A DNA stretch of 64,000 nt from Candidatus Sabulitectum sp. (lineage in GTDB: Bacteria > Fermentibacterota > Fermentibacteria > Fermentibacterales > JCC-6). The position numbers and the translations under genes were made by a program. The notes beneath the pieces were generated by a model. That model was not told where the DNA came from, did not search any database, and worked only from the letters and a program-made list of their open reading frames with translations. Positions 29,085 to 38,395 of the stretch are shown in pieces. The first letter of the stretch is position 1; each line of letters opens with the position of its first letter. Location of the stretch: contig JAGLOJ010000014.1 in the NCBI GenBank assembly GCA_023139045.1, forward strand, positions 22,264-86,263, in the 5' to 3' direction.

Positions 29085-29921
29085 TCACAACTGCTTGAGA
29101 TGTTCCATGTCGGCAAGCTGATCGACGAGGAACATGCTTGCCTCTTCCATGTCGGTAATAAAACGGCCCACTTTCGCGATGAAATAGTTATTGGCCATCT
29201 GAATGGGAATAGCAACACAAAGACCGGAGGCCGTTGTGATAAGCGCTTCCTGAATACCACCTGCGACAAGGCTGGCATCAACATTCTTGGCTGCGGCAAT
29301 CTCACCGAAGGCACGAATCATACCTGAAACTGTACCAAGGAAACCAATCATAGGGGCAACACTTGAAACGGTGGCAAGAACAACAAGCCCCTTCTCAAGA
29401 TGAGCCATCTCTATGGATCCGGCACCCTCGATCGCTTTTTCTACGTCAACAAGCCCCTTGTCTCTTCTCGTGAGCCCGGATCTGAGAATTGCAGACACAG
29501 GACCGCATGTACGATCACAGAGGTTCTCAGCACCACTGAGGTCGCCCTTGCGAATGTATCCGCCAAGTTGCTCGAGAAACTTGTTTACATCGAGTTTGGC
29601 CTTACTGAAGACGATAAATCTCTCTACAGTTACGGCAACACCGATGATAAGAGCAAGAAGCAGCGGCCACATGAAGTTTCCACCGGCGATGAAAAGATCC
29701 TTCAGATCCATACTCGCACTCTGTGAACGCTCAACTTCTTCCGCGACAGGTGTTTCAGCAACATCTGCCTCATCTGTATCCACAACAGGTTCCTCTACAG
29801 AAGCAACATCTTCAACTGTTTCGGTCACCTCTTCTGTGGTTTCTATTACTTCCGGCTCTTCATTCTGAGCCATGGCGAAAGGTGCCATGACCAGTAGAAG
29901 CACCAGCAGGATTTTATACAT
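29085..29921 (-). CDS. exbB: MotA/TolQ/ExbB proton channel protein
   Basis: GGNFMWPL, APMIGFLGTVSGMIRAF and VAGGIQEALITTASGL motifs, with an N-terminal signal peptide and acidic extension. Confidence 0.92.
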   Translation of the reverse strand: MYKILLVLLLVMAPFAMAQNEEPEVIETTEEVTETVEDVASVEEPVVDTDEADVAETPVAEEVERSQSASMDLKDLFIAGGNFMWPLLLALIIGVAVTVERFIVFSKAKLDVNKFLEQLGGYIRKGDLSGAENLCDRTCGPVSAILRSGLTRRDKGLVDVEKAIEGAGSIEMAHLEKGLVVLATVSSVAPMIGFLGTVSGMIRAFGEIAAAKNVDASLVAGGIQEALITTASGLCVAIPIQMANNYFIAKVGRFITDMEEASMFLVDQLADMEHLKQL

Positions 29922-29965
29922 CTGGTAACTCTCCTTGTTCTTGCGGGAAAACCCGCCTGAATTTC

Positions 29966-32731
29966 CTACCATTCGAAATCTAAACCGAAACGTATCTGTC
30001 TTCTACGGGAATAAGCATTCGGGTTGCCCATTTTACCTGTGGGGTCATGATCAGGTTCGCCGTCTCCATCCATGTCGGCATCGTACCATGATTCGTCCAT
30101 GAGGTGACTGATGTTTACACGGTTGAACAGATTAATCACCCAGACATAAGCATTCACGGATGTATCACCCATCCAGAACGTCTTGTTCAGCTTGGCTGTG
30201 GTGTTCATTGTGAAAGGCAACCGCTCGCTGTTGATCTGAGGATCAGCCGTGCCCTGGCTGCTGGCATTGTAGGGGAAACCACTTCCGTAGTTCCACTGCA
30301 GTGCAAGCCCTAAACCCTGAAGGTAACGAGTACCGCCCCATGCAGGGCCTTCGTTACGGGGGATGATGAAATTAAAGTTGACGTTAACCATGTGTCTCTG
30401 ATCCCATTCAAGGAAACTTTCGCGCTTGGGAATAATCCAGTTGGCCCAGGCATAATCGTAATTCTGCCTTTCGCTGGAACTCTTACCCTTGGCAATAGCG
30501 TAGGTGTAGTTTGTGGTGAAGCTTATGAAGTTTGAGGGACGTCTCATAAGGGTAAACTCTGCACCTCGAACATTACCGTAATCACCATTGACATACAGAT
30601 CATATGCGTCTACAGGGGTGTAGTTGTTCTTCTGCATGTCAATAAGACCTGTGATGTCTTTGTAATAACCGGTGACATCAAGCATGGTCAAATCGTCAAA
30701 CATGTGCTTCACGCCAACTTCGTAGGCGATGGTCTCTTCAGGCTCGAGATCGGGGTTTCCCACCATGGGGAAGGCACCTGAAAGATCAAAGTTCGCACCA
30801 TCGAACATGTTTGCGAAGTCTGGCACCTGGAAATAGTGACCGTATGTGAAGTGAAGAACATCACGCTCGGTAATGGGATGGCTGAAGCCGAGTCGGGGAC
30901 TGAGGTGATACTTGGCACTGACACTTACAGGGTTCTTGATGTAACCCGGGTCACTTACTGATGATCCCTGATTAATCGGATCTGTAAGGTCGGCGGGATA
31001 GTTATCGAAATTCGGGTCAAAGTAGTCGAAGCGAAGACCCGCATTAACGATCATTCCTCTGTACTCCATCTTATCCTGCAGATAAGCCGATACAGCATGA
31101 GGATAAGAGTGCCATTCACCCATGTAGATGTTACCGCCGGAGGCGGTGTCTACACTGTACTCGTAAATGTCGTAGTACTTGCCCTCAACACCGAATTTGA
31201 GCTGGTGCTGCTGGTTCACCTGACTTGTAACATCAAGTCTGGCTGTGGAAGTTGCGCTTCTGGTGTCAAGCCAGGCAGCCCTGTCAAGTCCGGAGCGGTA
31301 GAATCCGTCACCGTCCTGGACGCGCTCAGGCGTGTAGGTGAGCCAGTCATCTCTGGTAAAGTTTTCACCAAGATAACTTCCATCTTCCTGGTTGATTCTG
31401 CGCTCGTAATCAGCTACATACTGATTGATCTTGAATTCCAGGAAGCTTGCATCACTGAGAGTCTGAGTGAGGCTGAAGCCCATGGAATAGTTATTCCTTG
31501 TGCCTGTTGGAAGGCCGTATTCGAAATTGGATCCGGGTATTGTATCACCCGTAAGCGGGTTAACAAATGGATCCTCATATCTCGCGTAAACCCAGCCGCG
31601 GTAAATTCGCGCTACCCGATTCCTGTAAAATCCGCTGAAGTTCAGCTTGGTTCTCGGGTTAGGCTTGATTGTGAGTTTCAAGTTACCGTTCCACTGCTCG
31701 CTGCCAGTGTTCAGAAGGTAAGCGTAGTTACCGTCTGGGCCGCCACCGTTCTGCAGCCATTTGACTGAACCGAAAAAACGCACATCGGCGTTCACATCAA
31801 GACCCATTGCAGGAAGAAGGTACTGGGTAATGGGTTCGGGGCCGCCAAGGGCGGCTTCGGCTGTGAGTCTGGCTTCTGCAAAAGGAGCAGGCTTGTTCAG
31901 CCCGAATTCCTGAAGGATCTGCCCTTCTTCACCGTCGAACTTGGAACCGGCCCACCATGAGCCGGGGTAGCCCCAGGTCCAGTCCTTGGAAAGACCAAGG
32001 GCATCAAAGTCATTACCGTTCATGCCGATGGAACCGGTGTAACGGTTTCCACCTTCACGGGTAACAACGTTGATGATTCCAGACTGGGCATTTCCGTATT
32101 CAGCACCGAAACCACCGGAGATAATCGATGTTTCAGTAACTGCTGAAAGGGGAATTGTCCGATCAGCCACATTGCCGATGGGGTTGGTCTGGCTGATGCC
32201 GTCAACAAGATAGGCAACCTCGCCACCGCGGCCACCGCGCATGTGAAGACCATCCTTATCGACAGCACCTGCCTGCTGGTTCACCACATCGGTGATACCG
32301 GCTACCGGCATGGTTCTGATCTCGTCACGGGTTACAACAGAAACACTCGAGGTGACTCCGCGAAGAATCATACCCCTCTGGTCGGTAACGGTGATAACCG
32401 TACTTCCGACTGCTTCCGGATTAAGAATAAAGTCCATACGGGTGGTCATGTCAACTATGACACTGGCACCCTCTTTGGTCTGCTCTCCCATTCCAACCAT
32501 GCTTGACCGGAGGTTATAAGTTCCCGGTTGCAGGTTGATAATGAAGTACTCACCGTTTGGATCGGTCATTGCACCGAAGGTAGTACCAACGATCATTACA
32601 GTCGCACCGATTAACGGATTTCCGTCTGAATCGGTAACGCGACCGGCGATCTTGCCGGTAGTTCCTGCAGTTGCACTAAGGGACACAAACAGCAGTAGAG
32701 CAAGCGAAATTACTGTCGCTCTCCTAAACAC
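29966..32731 (-). CDS. TonB-dependent receptor with N-terminal carboxypeptidase-regulatory-like domain
   Basis: GTTGKIAGRVTD..G.PLIGATV, plug HMRGGRGGEVAYLVDG...GGFGAEYGNAQSGIINVVT, barrel SPRLGFSHPI and GNPDLEPE..IAYEVG, C-terminal RQIRFGLDFEW. Confidence 0.93.
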   Translation of the reverse strand: MFRRATVISLALLLFVSLSATAGTTGKIAGRVTDSDGNPLIGATVMIVGTTFGAMTDPNGEYFIINLQPGTYNLRSSMVGMGEQTKEGASVIVDMTTRMDFILNPEAVGSTVITVTDQRGMILRGVTSSVSVVTRDEIRTMPVAGITDVVNQQAGAVDKDGLHMRGGRGGEVAYLVDGISQTNPIGNVADRTIPLSAVTETSIISGGFGAEYGNAQSGIINVVTREGGNRYTGSIGMNGNDFDALGLSKDWTWGYPGSWWAGSKFDGEEGQILQEFGLNKPAPFAEARLTAEAALGGPEPITQYLLPAMGLDVNADVRFFGSVKWLQNGGGPDGNYAYLLNTGSEQWNGNLKLTIKPNPRTKLNFSGFYRNRVARIYRGWVYARYEDPFVNPLTGDTIPGSNFEYGLPTGTRNNYSMGFSLTQTLSDASFLEFKINQYVADYERRINQEDGSYLGENFTRDDWLTYTPERVQDGDGFYRSGLDRAAWLDTRSATSTARLDVTSQVNQQHQLKFGVEGKYYDIYEYSVDTASGGNIYMGEWHSYPHAVSAYLQDKMEYRGMIVNAGLRFDYFDPNFDNYPADLTDPINQGSSVSDPGYIKNPVSVSAKYHLSPRLGFSHPITERDVLHFTYGHYFQVPDFANMFDGANFDLSGAFPMVGNPDLEPEETIAYEVGVKHMFDDLTMLDVTGYYKDITGLIDMQKNNYTPVDAYDLYVNGDYGNVRGAEFTLMRRPSNFISFTTNYTYAIAKGKSSSERQNYDYAWANWIIPKRESFLEWDQRHMVNVNFNFIIPRNEGPAWGGTRYLQGLGLALQWNYGSGFPYNASSQGTADPQINSERLPFTMNTTAKLNKTFWMGDTSVNAYVWVINLFNRVNISHLMDESWYDADMDGDGEPDHDPTGKMGNPNAYSRRRQIRFGLDFEW

Positions 32732-32915
32732 TTTGCAGCTCCTTTCTTCTTGCTACAAACTGTGCACAAACCCGAAGCCCCGACGTACACCCCGGAAGGC
32801 ACCGGATCCGCACAAACAAACAAACATCACCACGGCCAGCCGTGGCCACCTAACACTCTGCAGCACACCGATTTACAGCGTACTAACCTATTGTCACACA
32901 ACTCTTTCCTGCTCT

Positions 32916-32944
32916 AGGATACATAAGCCTCAGAACCGTGTCAA
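32916..32944 (-). promoter_or_regulatory. Sigma70-type promoter of the TBDR operon
   Basis: Minus strand reads TTGACA-17 nt-TATCCT, implying a 5' leader of about 180 nt before the GTG at 32731. Confidence 0.65.
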
Positions 32945-33176
32945 GAAGAGGCTGTACACCTCGCTGGAACAACAGCACAAGAATCGGGTATAAGTGGTTC
33001 TGCACAGCATAAGTACCTGCAAATCTTCTGACTGGCAGAGAATGCCGGTAATCCTATTTTTTAGAAGTCACCGTTTCTGACTGCAGGGCTGAGTTTCCCC
33101 GCCTTTGTTCCACAGGGTCGTATAAAATTTCATGAATGATTGATTGAACTGCATGTGCATACGAACCGCTGCTGCC

Positions 33177-34244
33177 TTAAAAAACAGTCTCTATTCCAAG
33201 CACCACAACGTCTCCGGCATCATAGACATGGTTTACGTATGGTATCGGCACGGCAACGCCGTTCCTGTACCGGCTGTGGAACAAGTATGCTGCGGATATA
33301 CGGTTGTTTCCGAAACTGAAGTCCCCACCAATACTGAGACCAATTCCAGTTTTGAGCGCATGATCGGGCCTGTATCCGTTCAATCCCAGGTACATATTGG
33401 AGCCCTCAATTACACCGGGAAGACGGGTGAACGCTGTAACATTGAGATTGTTACCATCTACAACACCAAGTTCAGCACCGAAATAGCCACCTTTCATGAA
33501 AGGAAAAGATGCCGATGCACCAATATTTGTGAATGAGAAGAATCTACTGTCTCCGCTGGTGTGTGTGGAATAGAGAACGGTATAGCCCAGGTTCATGCTT
33601 GCTCCTGCTCTTAAAGCAAAGGCCGAGTGTTCCCAGGTTTCGATAAAAGTTGAATCGCGACCGTTGACCCTGTTGGAATATGTTGTTGAACCACCGCTGC
33701 CATACCTGATCCCGGGTGAAATGCCGATGTCAACGGGGCCAATCGTTCCAGCAAAAGAGACAAGGGCTTCGTTCAGATTGCCAGTTGCATCAGAGATCAG
33801 GGTCTTCCAGAGTTCCCCGTGAAGATAACCTGCTTCGTGGTATACCTGAGCAGTAGCTTTCATCTGGTACTGTGAAACCGTGGCTATTCCAGCTCCGGCA
33901 GTGAACCCGCCCCCCACAGGCATTGTGATGGCAAAAGCTCCCCGGGGAGACATGGCTCCGAGGTTAAAACGGTAAGGCTCTGTACAGGTGTAGTGGTAGG
34001 TAATCTCTTCCCTCCAGCCGATGTGCCAGCCGGAGAGAGAAAAAGTAAGCTTTTCTGAACCCGCCAGAGCTGAAGGATTTGTGAACAGAGAAAATGCCGA
34101 TGAACTTTCAGGTACAGTAGCCCCGCACATTGCTGCACTGACAGGGCTCAGGCTCGGAACTCTGCCGCCAACTCCGAAAGTATCCCAGTATCCATATCCA
34201 AAAGCTGTTATCGCCGATACAAACAGTATAATCAGGGCTTTCAC
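33177..34244 (-). CDS. Putative FadL/PorV-like outer-membrane beta-barrel
   Basis: Signal peptide, SAFSLFTNPSAL (NP motif), amphipathic beta strands and a C-terminal Phe (GIETVF). Confidence 0.65.
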   Translation of the reverse strand: MKALIILFVSAITAFGYGYWDTFGVGGRVPSLSPVSAAMCGATVPESSSAFSLFTNPSALAGSEKLTFSLSGWHIGWREEITYHYTCTEPYRFNLGAMSPRGAFAITMPVGGGFTAGAGIATVSQYQMKATAQVYHEAGYLHGELWKTLISDATGNLNEALVSFAGTIGPVDIGISPGIRYGSGGSTTYSNRVNGRDSTFIETWEHSAFALRAGASMNLGYTVLYSTHTSGDSRFFSFTNIGASASFPFMKGGYFGAELGVVDGNNLNVTAFTRLPGVIEGSNMYLGLNGYRPDHALKTGIGLSIGGDFSFGNNRISAAYLFHSRYRNGVAVPIPYVNHVYDAGDVVVLGIETVF

Positions 34245-34271
34245 ATCATACCTCCATGTAAATAGTTCAAA

Positions 34272-34436
34272 TCAGGTATACAATACACAGAGACAGGCAG
34301 GTACACAAGGAGAAGAATGTGATATGCCGCTGACAGCACTGAGACTGGTTATTCTTGCTTCAATATCAAATGAATCCCAATACCAGTATCCGAATGCCAT
34401 TACCGCAGAAGCAAGCATGGCTGCCAATGCTTTCAT
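34272..34436 (-). pseudogene. Truncated duplicate of the 5' end of the adjacent barrel gene
   Basis: MKALAAMLASAVMAFGYWYWDSFDIEARITSLSAVS aligns with MKALIILFVSAITAFGYGYWDTFGVGGRVPSLSPVS (34244), then stops after 54 codons. Confidence 0.7.
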
Positions 34437-34602
34437 AGTGCCTTCATGAAAAGCTGTTTGCTTTTCAGTTATAACTGCAAACAAGTCTACTACACAGTCA
34501 GATTGCTGGAATAAGTACCTTTTCAGCCGCTTTGTCGCAGCCTTCGAAAACTGATTGAATCAAGTGATGGCTGACAGTATTCTCACTGCGCGACAAGAAC
34601 AC

Positions 34603-34643
34603 TACCATGAATATTCTACTTGGCATGTATGATTTTCATGGTA
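34603..34643. promoter_or_regulatory. Inverted repeat (candidate operator) upstream of the AAA-DUF4143 gene
   Basis: TACCATGAATAT ... ATTTTCATGGTA, 11/12 inverted match, ending 10 nt before the ATG. Confidence 0.45.
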
Positions 34644-34653
34644 TTTTCCTGTT

Positions 34654-35801
34654 ATGATAAAGCGAAAAAGAATAGAGAGGAAACTTGAAACTGCTCTGGA
34701 AAGAAGCAGGGTCGTTCTTCTGTCCGGCCCTCGTCAGAGTGGTAAAACAACTCTTGCCAGGGGCTTTTTGAACTCTGAATCAGTAAACTACTTTGACATG
34801 GAGAATCTCCTTGACCTTGAAAGACTCTCCGAACCTTTCACTGCCCTTGCCCCATTGAAGGGGCTGGTGGTTATAGATGAGGTTCAACGGAGACCTGATC
34901 TTTTTAACATTCTGAGAGTGTTAGTTGATCGCGAGGAGACACCTGCTCAATTCCTTATTCTTGGAAGTGCATCCGGCAACCTGCTGCGTCAAACCTCGGA
35001 AAGCCTTGCAGGAAGAATCGAAATAGTGCAGATCGATGGATTCACTCTTGAAGAAATTGCAGAAGCTAACTCAGATACCCTGTGATTCCGGGGAGGCTTT
35101 CCGCCTTCATTCTTATCATCCAATGATGAAAACAGTTTTGCATGGAGGAAGTATTTCATTCAGATTCTACTTGAAAGAGACTTCCCGCAATGAGGTGTAA
35201 GTATTCCAGCTTCGGCATTGGGTAGATTCTGGAGAATGCTGGCTCACTACCATGGCCAGACCTGGAACGCAGCTGCACCCGCAAGAGCTCTAGCGTGAAT
35301 CAGAACACAACAAGACGACATCTTGATCTCCTGACTGATGCATATATGGTCAGGCAACTTCAACCGTACTTTGCTAATCTGCGCAAAAGGCAGGTTAAAT
35401 CTCCCAAAATTTACATTCGAGACACAGGGTTGCTTCATCAGTTGCTTGGCATATCAACATTTAAACAACTTCTAACGCATCCAAAGATCGGTGCTTCCTG
35501 GGAAGGGTTTGTGATTGAGCAGATACTTGCAGCAACTTCCCATGAATCCGCTTTCTTCTGGGCAACCCACCAGGGGGCAGAGATTGATCTAATCCTTGAG
35601 AGGGGTGATGAACTGCTGGGAATCGAATGTAAAAGAGCTGATTCTCCAAAGATCACTCCATCTATCAGGATAGCATTGGATGATCTGAAACTTGATAGAA
35701 TCGCCATCCTGTACCCCGGAAACAAACGCTACCGTCTTGCAAATCGGGTTGAAGCAGTTCCTCTTTATTCTCTGGCAACGGGTGAACCTCTTTTTCTATA
35801 A
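34654..35801 (+). pseudogene. AAA ATPase + DUF4143 (PD-(D/E)xK-like C-terminus) gene, disrupted
   Basis: GPRQSGKTT, IDEVQ, SESLAGR, RGGFP, KSPKIYIRDTGL and GAEIDL..IECK motifs. In-frame TGA at 35083 and 35191 and a -1 frameshift near 35293. Confidence 0.9.
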
Positions 35802-35825
35802 GGAGGAAATGCTGAAAATTACAAC

Positions 35826-35847
35826 GGGCGGAGCCGAAGCCCCGCCC
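35826..35847. terminator. GC-rich hairpin between convergent genes
   Basis: GGGCGGAGC-CGAA-GCCCCGCCC between the stops at 35801 (+) and 35871 (-). Confidence 0.5.
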
Positions 35848-35870
35848 TGCTGATTCAGATTTACCTGAAA

Positions 35871-36209
35871 CTAATCAATATCGGAAAGAGTCACAGTAAA
35901 CACATTGTCGTCATCACCTGTGCCGTAGTCTTCCCCGTCAACGGCGAGGAATGTATATATGTCGCCGTCTTCGTCTTCAAGCTGGATGTCAAAGAGCTCG
36001 GTTTCCCAGTCAAGGTCGCTTATATCAAACTCATAAACATCTCCATCAAACATGACATCTTCACCCAGCCAGTCTCCGCCCCAGTCATCCTCGGAAGTGT
36101 AGCTGATGTAAACGAAATAGATGTCATAACCGGTATCGTTTGTGATTTCGAAGTACTGTCCGAAGGATACAAAGGCAAGAGCCGTCAGTACAAGCAGTGC
36201 GAATTTCAT
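35871..36209 (-). CDS. Small secreted acidic hypothetical protein
   Basis: MKFALLVLTALAFVSFG signal peptide with AAGGAG RBS. ITNDTGYDIYFVYIS...DDWGGDWLG...FDIQLEDEDGD beta-sandwich-like pattern. Confidence 0.75.
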   Translation of the reverse strand: MKFALLVLTALAFVSFGQYFEITNDTGYDIYFVYISYTSEDDWGGDWLGEDVMFDGDVYEFDISDLDWETELFDIQLEDEDGDIYTFLAVDGEDYGTGDDDNVFTVTLSDID

Positions 36210-36229
36210 TTTTTCTCCTTTTCCACTTG

Positions 36230-36258
36230 TCCGGGGTCTCCCATTTGAAGACCCCGGA
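36230..36258. other. Stem-loop directly after the DUF6754 cluster
   Basis: Perfect 10-bp stem TCCGGGGTCT/AGACCCCGGA with a 9-nt loop, 10 nt after the stop at 36269. Confidence 0.6.
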
Positions 36259-36268
36259 TAAGCAATCG

Positions 36269-36913
36269 TTACAAGTGTATTCCCATCGTCGGCAACCATT
36301 CAAAGAGCAGGAACTGTGTCTGCCCGATAAGAAGACTGATACGAGCCATTACAGTGTAGCCGAAGCTGGCACCGAAGGCCACCATAAGAAGCGTAATACC
36401 CACATTGGCAGCCCCTCCAAATACGCCGGTATGTGACTTTGAGAAGAAGAAGTAAACAAGACCGCACACAACACCTGTTACCATTATGATATTGCTTACC
36501 CAGTCGAACCAACCACCACCCTGTCCAAGGGCAATAATAGTTCCATTAACCTGAGCAAGTGCTCTGGTTTGGAGCATTGCAGTAATGCTTATACCGGCGC
36601 CTGTTCCCACGATAAGAGCAAGAGAAAGCCTGCTTAGTCCTGCAAGTTTTGGTATAAGTCTGAACAGCATGAATAAACTCAGTACACCAGGTACCAGCCA
36701 GATGGGCTGGAAACCACCCTCCAGCGGTACAAGCTTCTGCCACCAGTTGGGTACCAGTACATTCATGATTGCGTAAATAACCCAGTAACCGGCGCTCATA
36801 CCCACAAAGAGGTGCTCGGCAAACTTGTAGAACGGATTATCTTTGTAGAGAAAACTATATAAACAAAGGGACAGAAGAGCTCCCAGCCATATTCCTATCA
36901 CTTCCCAGCTCAT
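36269..36913 (-). CDS. Conserved multi-pass membrane protein (DUF6754 cluster)
   Basis: About 6-7 hydrophobic segments; LYSFLYKDNPFYKFAEHLFVG and MVAFGASFGYTVMARISLLIG motifs. ATGA overlap with the upstream gene. Confidence 0.85.
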   Translation of the reverse strand: MSWEVIGIWLGALLSLCLYSFLYKDNPFYKFAEHLFVGMSAGYWVIYAIMNVLVPNWWQKLVPLEGGFQPIWLVPGVLSLFMLFRLIPKLAGLSRLSLALIVGTGAGISITAMLQTRALAQVNGTIIALGQGGGWFDWVSNIIMVTGVVCGLVYFFFSKSHTGVFGGAANVGITLLMVAFGASFGYTVMARISLLIGQTQFLLFEWLPTMGIHL

Positions 36914-37767
36914 TTTGCTCCTCCCTTCCTCTTTTTTTCTGACAGATATGCGATGTTTCCAATAATGATGAAAAGCATTATCACAAGGTGGGCCACTGAC
37001 TGGGCTGCCATTCCTGCAATCGCGATACCCGGAGGAGGGTTTTCAACACCGATTCTTACCATTGTTTCATAATCACCGGCACCCTTGAGACCACCCAGAA
37101 GACCGATAAGCTGTCCAGTGGAAAGATATGGATAAAGCTGAGGAGCACTGACTGCAGTGCAACCGCCCCCAACGGCAATATTGTATCTGTCTCCAGCCAT
37201 CATTATCCAGGTTTCAATACCTGGATCTCCGGCAGATAATGAAATTATCATGTCGAGATCACCAAGTTTATTCACTCCCTGCATCACAGGCATCTCATCA
37301 ACCGGGTTACCGCCATAATCGGTGGGGAATACAGACTGAATGTCGCTTCCCATTCTCACTATGAGAACACCACCTCCTATTTTGTAACCAAGGTTCACCC
37401 AATCGACATACTCCTCCTTGCCGAGACTGTCTCCGACGGCTGAGAGGGCTTCATTCCCAAGGCTAACCCCCATTGGCCACAAAGCCAGTGAGACTATCCT
37501 GATGTCGCGGGTCATCAGATGCTGGGAAAGTGCAACAGCCATTGGCTGAAGCTCAGGCATTGTTGAAGGATCATAGTCAAAACTAATGAGAACTCTGGAG
37601 CCCTCCGGAAGAGCATCAATTGCATCAAAAAGGTTCTTGCTGGGTCCCTTGTCAATTGGAATGGGCAGATTCATTCTAAGTGCGAGCGGTATAATAACCG
37701 CAAGAGCCATCAGAACAAAAATCACTCTTCTATCGAGGTTGCCAAGTTTTTCAATGAATGTCGCCAT
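36910..37767 (-). CDS. Conserved membrane-anchored alpha/beta protein (DUF6754 cluster)
   Basis: N- and C-terminal TM helices flank FDYDPSTMPELQPM...VNLGY..GG...LYPYLSTGQLIGLLGGLKGAGDYE. TGATG coupling with the upstream gene. Confidence 0.85.
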   Translation of the reverse strand: MATFIEKLGNLDRRVIFVLMALAVIIPLALRMNLPIPIDKGPSKNLFDAIDALPEGSRVLISFDYDPSTMPELQPMAVALSQHLMTRDIRIVSLALWPMGVSLGNEALSAVGDSLGKEEYVDWVNLGYKIGGGVLIVRMGSDIQSVFPTDYGGNPVDEMPVMQGVNKLGDLDMIISLSAGDPGIETWIMMAGDRYNIAVGGGCTAVSAPQLYPYLSTGQLIGLLGGLKGAGDYETMVRIGVENPPPGIAIAGMAAQSVAHLVIMLFIIIGNIAYLSEKKRKGGAK

Positions 37768-38384
37768 CAGTCTGCACCTCCGAGGTAACTGCGTTCAATC
37801 CCGAAGATCATTCTCAGAGAGGTAGCAATCATACCCATGGCAGCACCTATCATTACTGCTCTCTGGCCGGCCATGTTTGGATATTGCATTATCCATTCAC
37901 TTATTATCGGGATTTTATTCCAGATCATTGAACCGATTGGAACACGGCCAAGCATGACCACAAACGCACTAACCAGAAGAAGAGATGCCCGCCAGTTGCT
38001 GGCACGGAAAGCACGGAACGCCGCACTCGCCACAAAGAAAGCAAGCAGACTGAACATTGTTGCAGCCATTGGTGCCACCATCTGCTGAAACAAGTAATCG
38101 AAGGGAAGATCCGCTTCAATTCCAAACACAAGCCCTGTAATTATCATTACTGCAAATCCGATCAAAGTAATAGGACTGTACTTCCAGTTCCTGGCCTTGA
38201 ATCGAATTTTGTGAACATGGACCGTAATCAGGTTAGCTGCACCAAGGAAAATAGCAGCACTGGACACAATCATATACCATTCCTGCAGATTGTCTCCCAT
38301 AGGTTGTGTAGCCGGCACAAAAAACTGAAGGATCATTATCATTCCGGCTACGAATGTGATCATCAAAGGTATTACAAGTCTCAC
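37767..38384 (-). CDS. Conserved multi-pass membrane protein (DUF6754 cluster)
   Basis: GTG start with AGGAGG RBS. ATMFSLLAFFVASAAFRAFRA and P.MAGQRAVMIG...SLRMIFGIE motifs, about 6 TMs. Confidence 0.85.
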   Translation of the reverse strand: MRLVIPLMITFVAGMIMILQFFVPATQPMGDNLQEWYMIVSSAAIFLGAANLITVHVHKIRFKARNWKYSPITLIGFAVMIITGLVFGIEADLPFDYLFQQMVAPMAATMFSLLAFFVASAAFRAFRASNWRASLLLVSAFVVMLGRVPIGSMIWNKIPIISEWIMQYPNMAGQRAVMIGAAMGMIATSLRMIFGIERSYLGGAD

Positions 38385-38395
38385 TTCACAGCCTC

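Noticed and set aside
35083-35193. TGA-to-Trp (or Sec) recoding suggested by two in-frame TGA codons at Trp-like positions
   Set aside because: The same gene also has a frameshift and uses TGG for its other Trp residues, and many intact genes in the window end in TGA. Simple pseudogenisation explains it.
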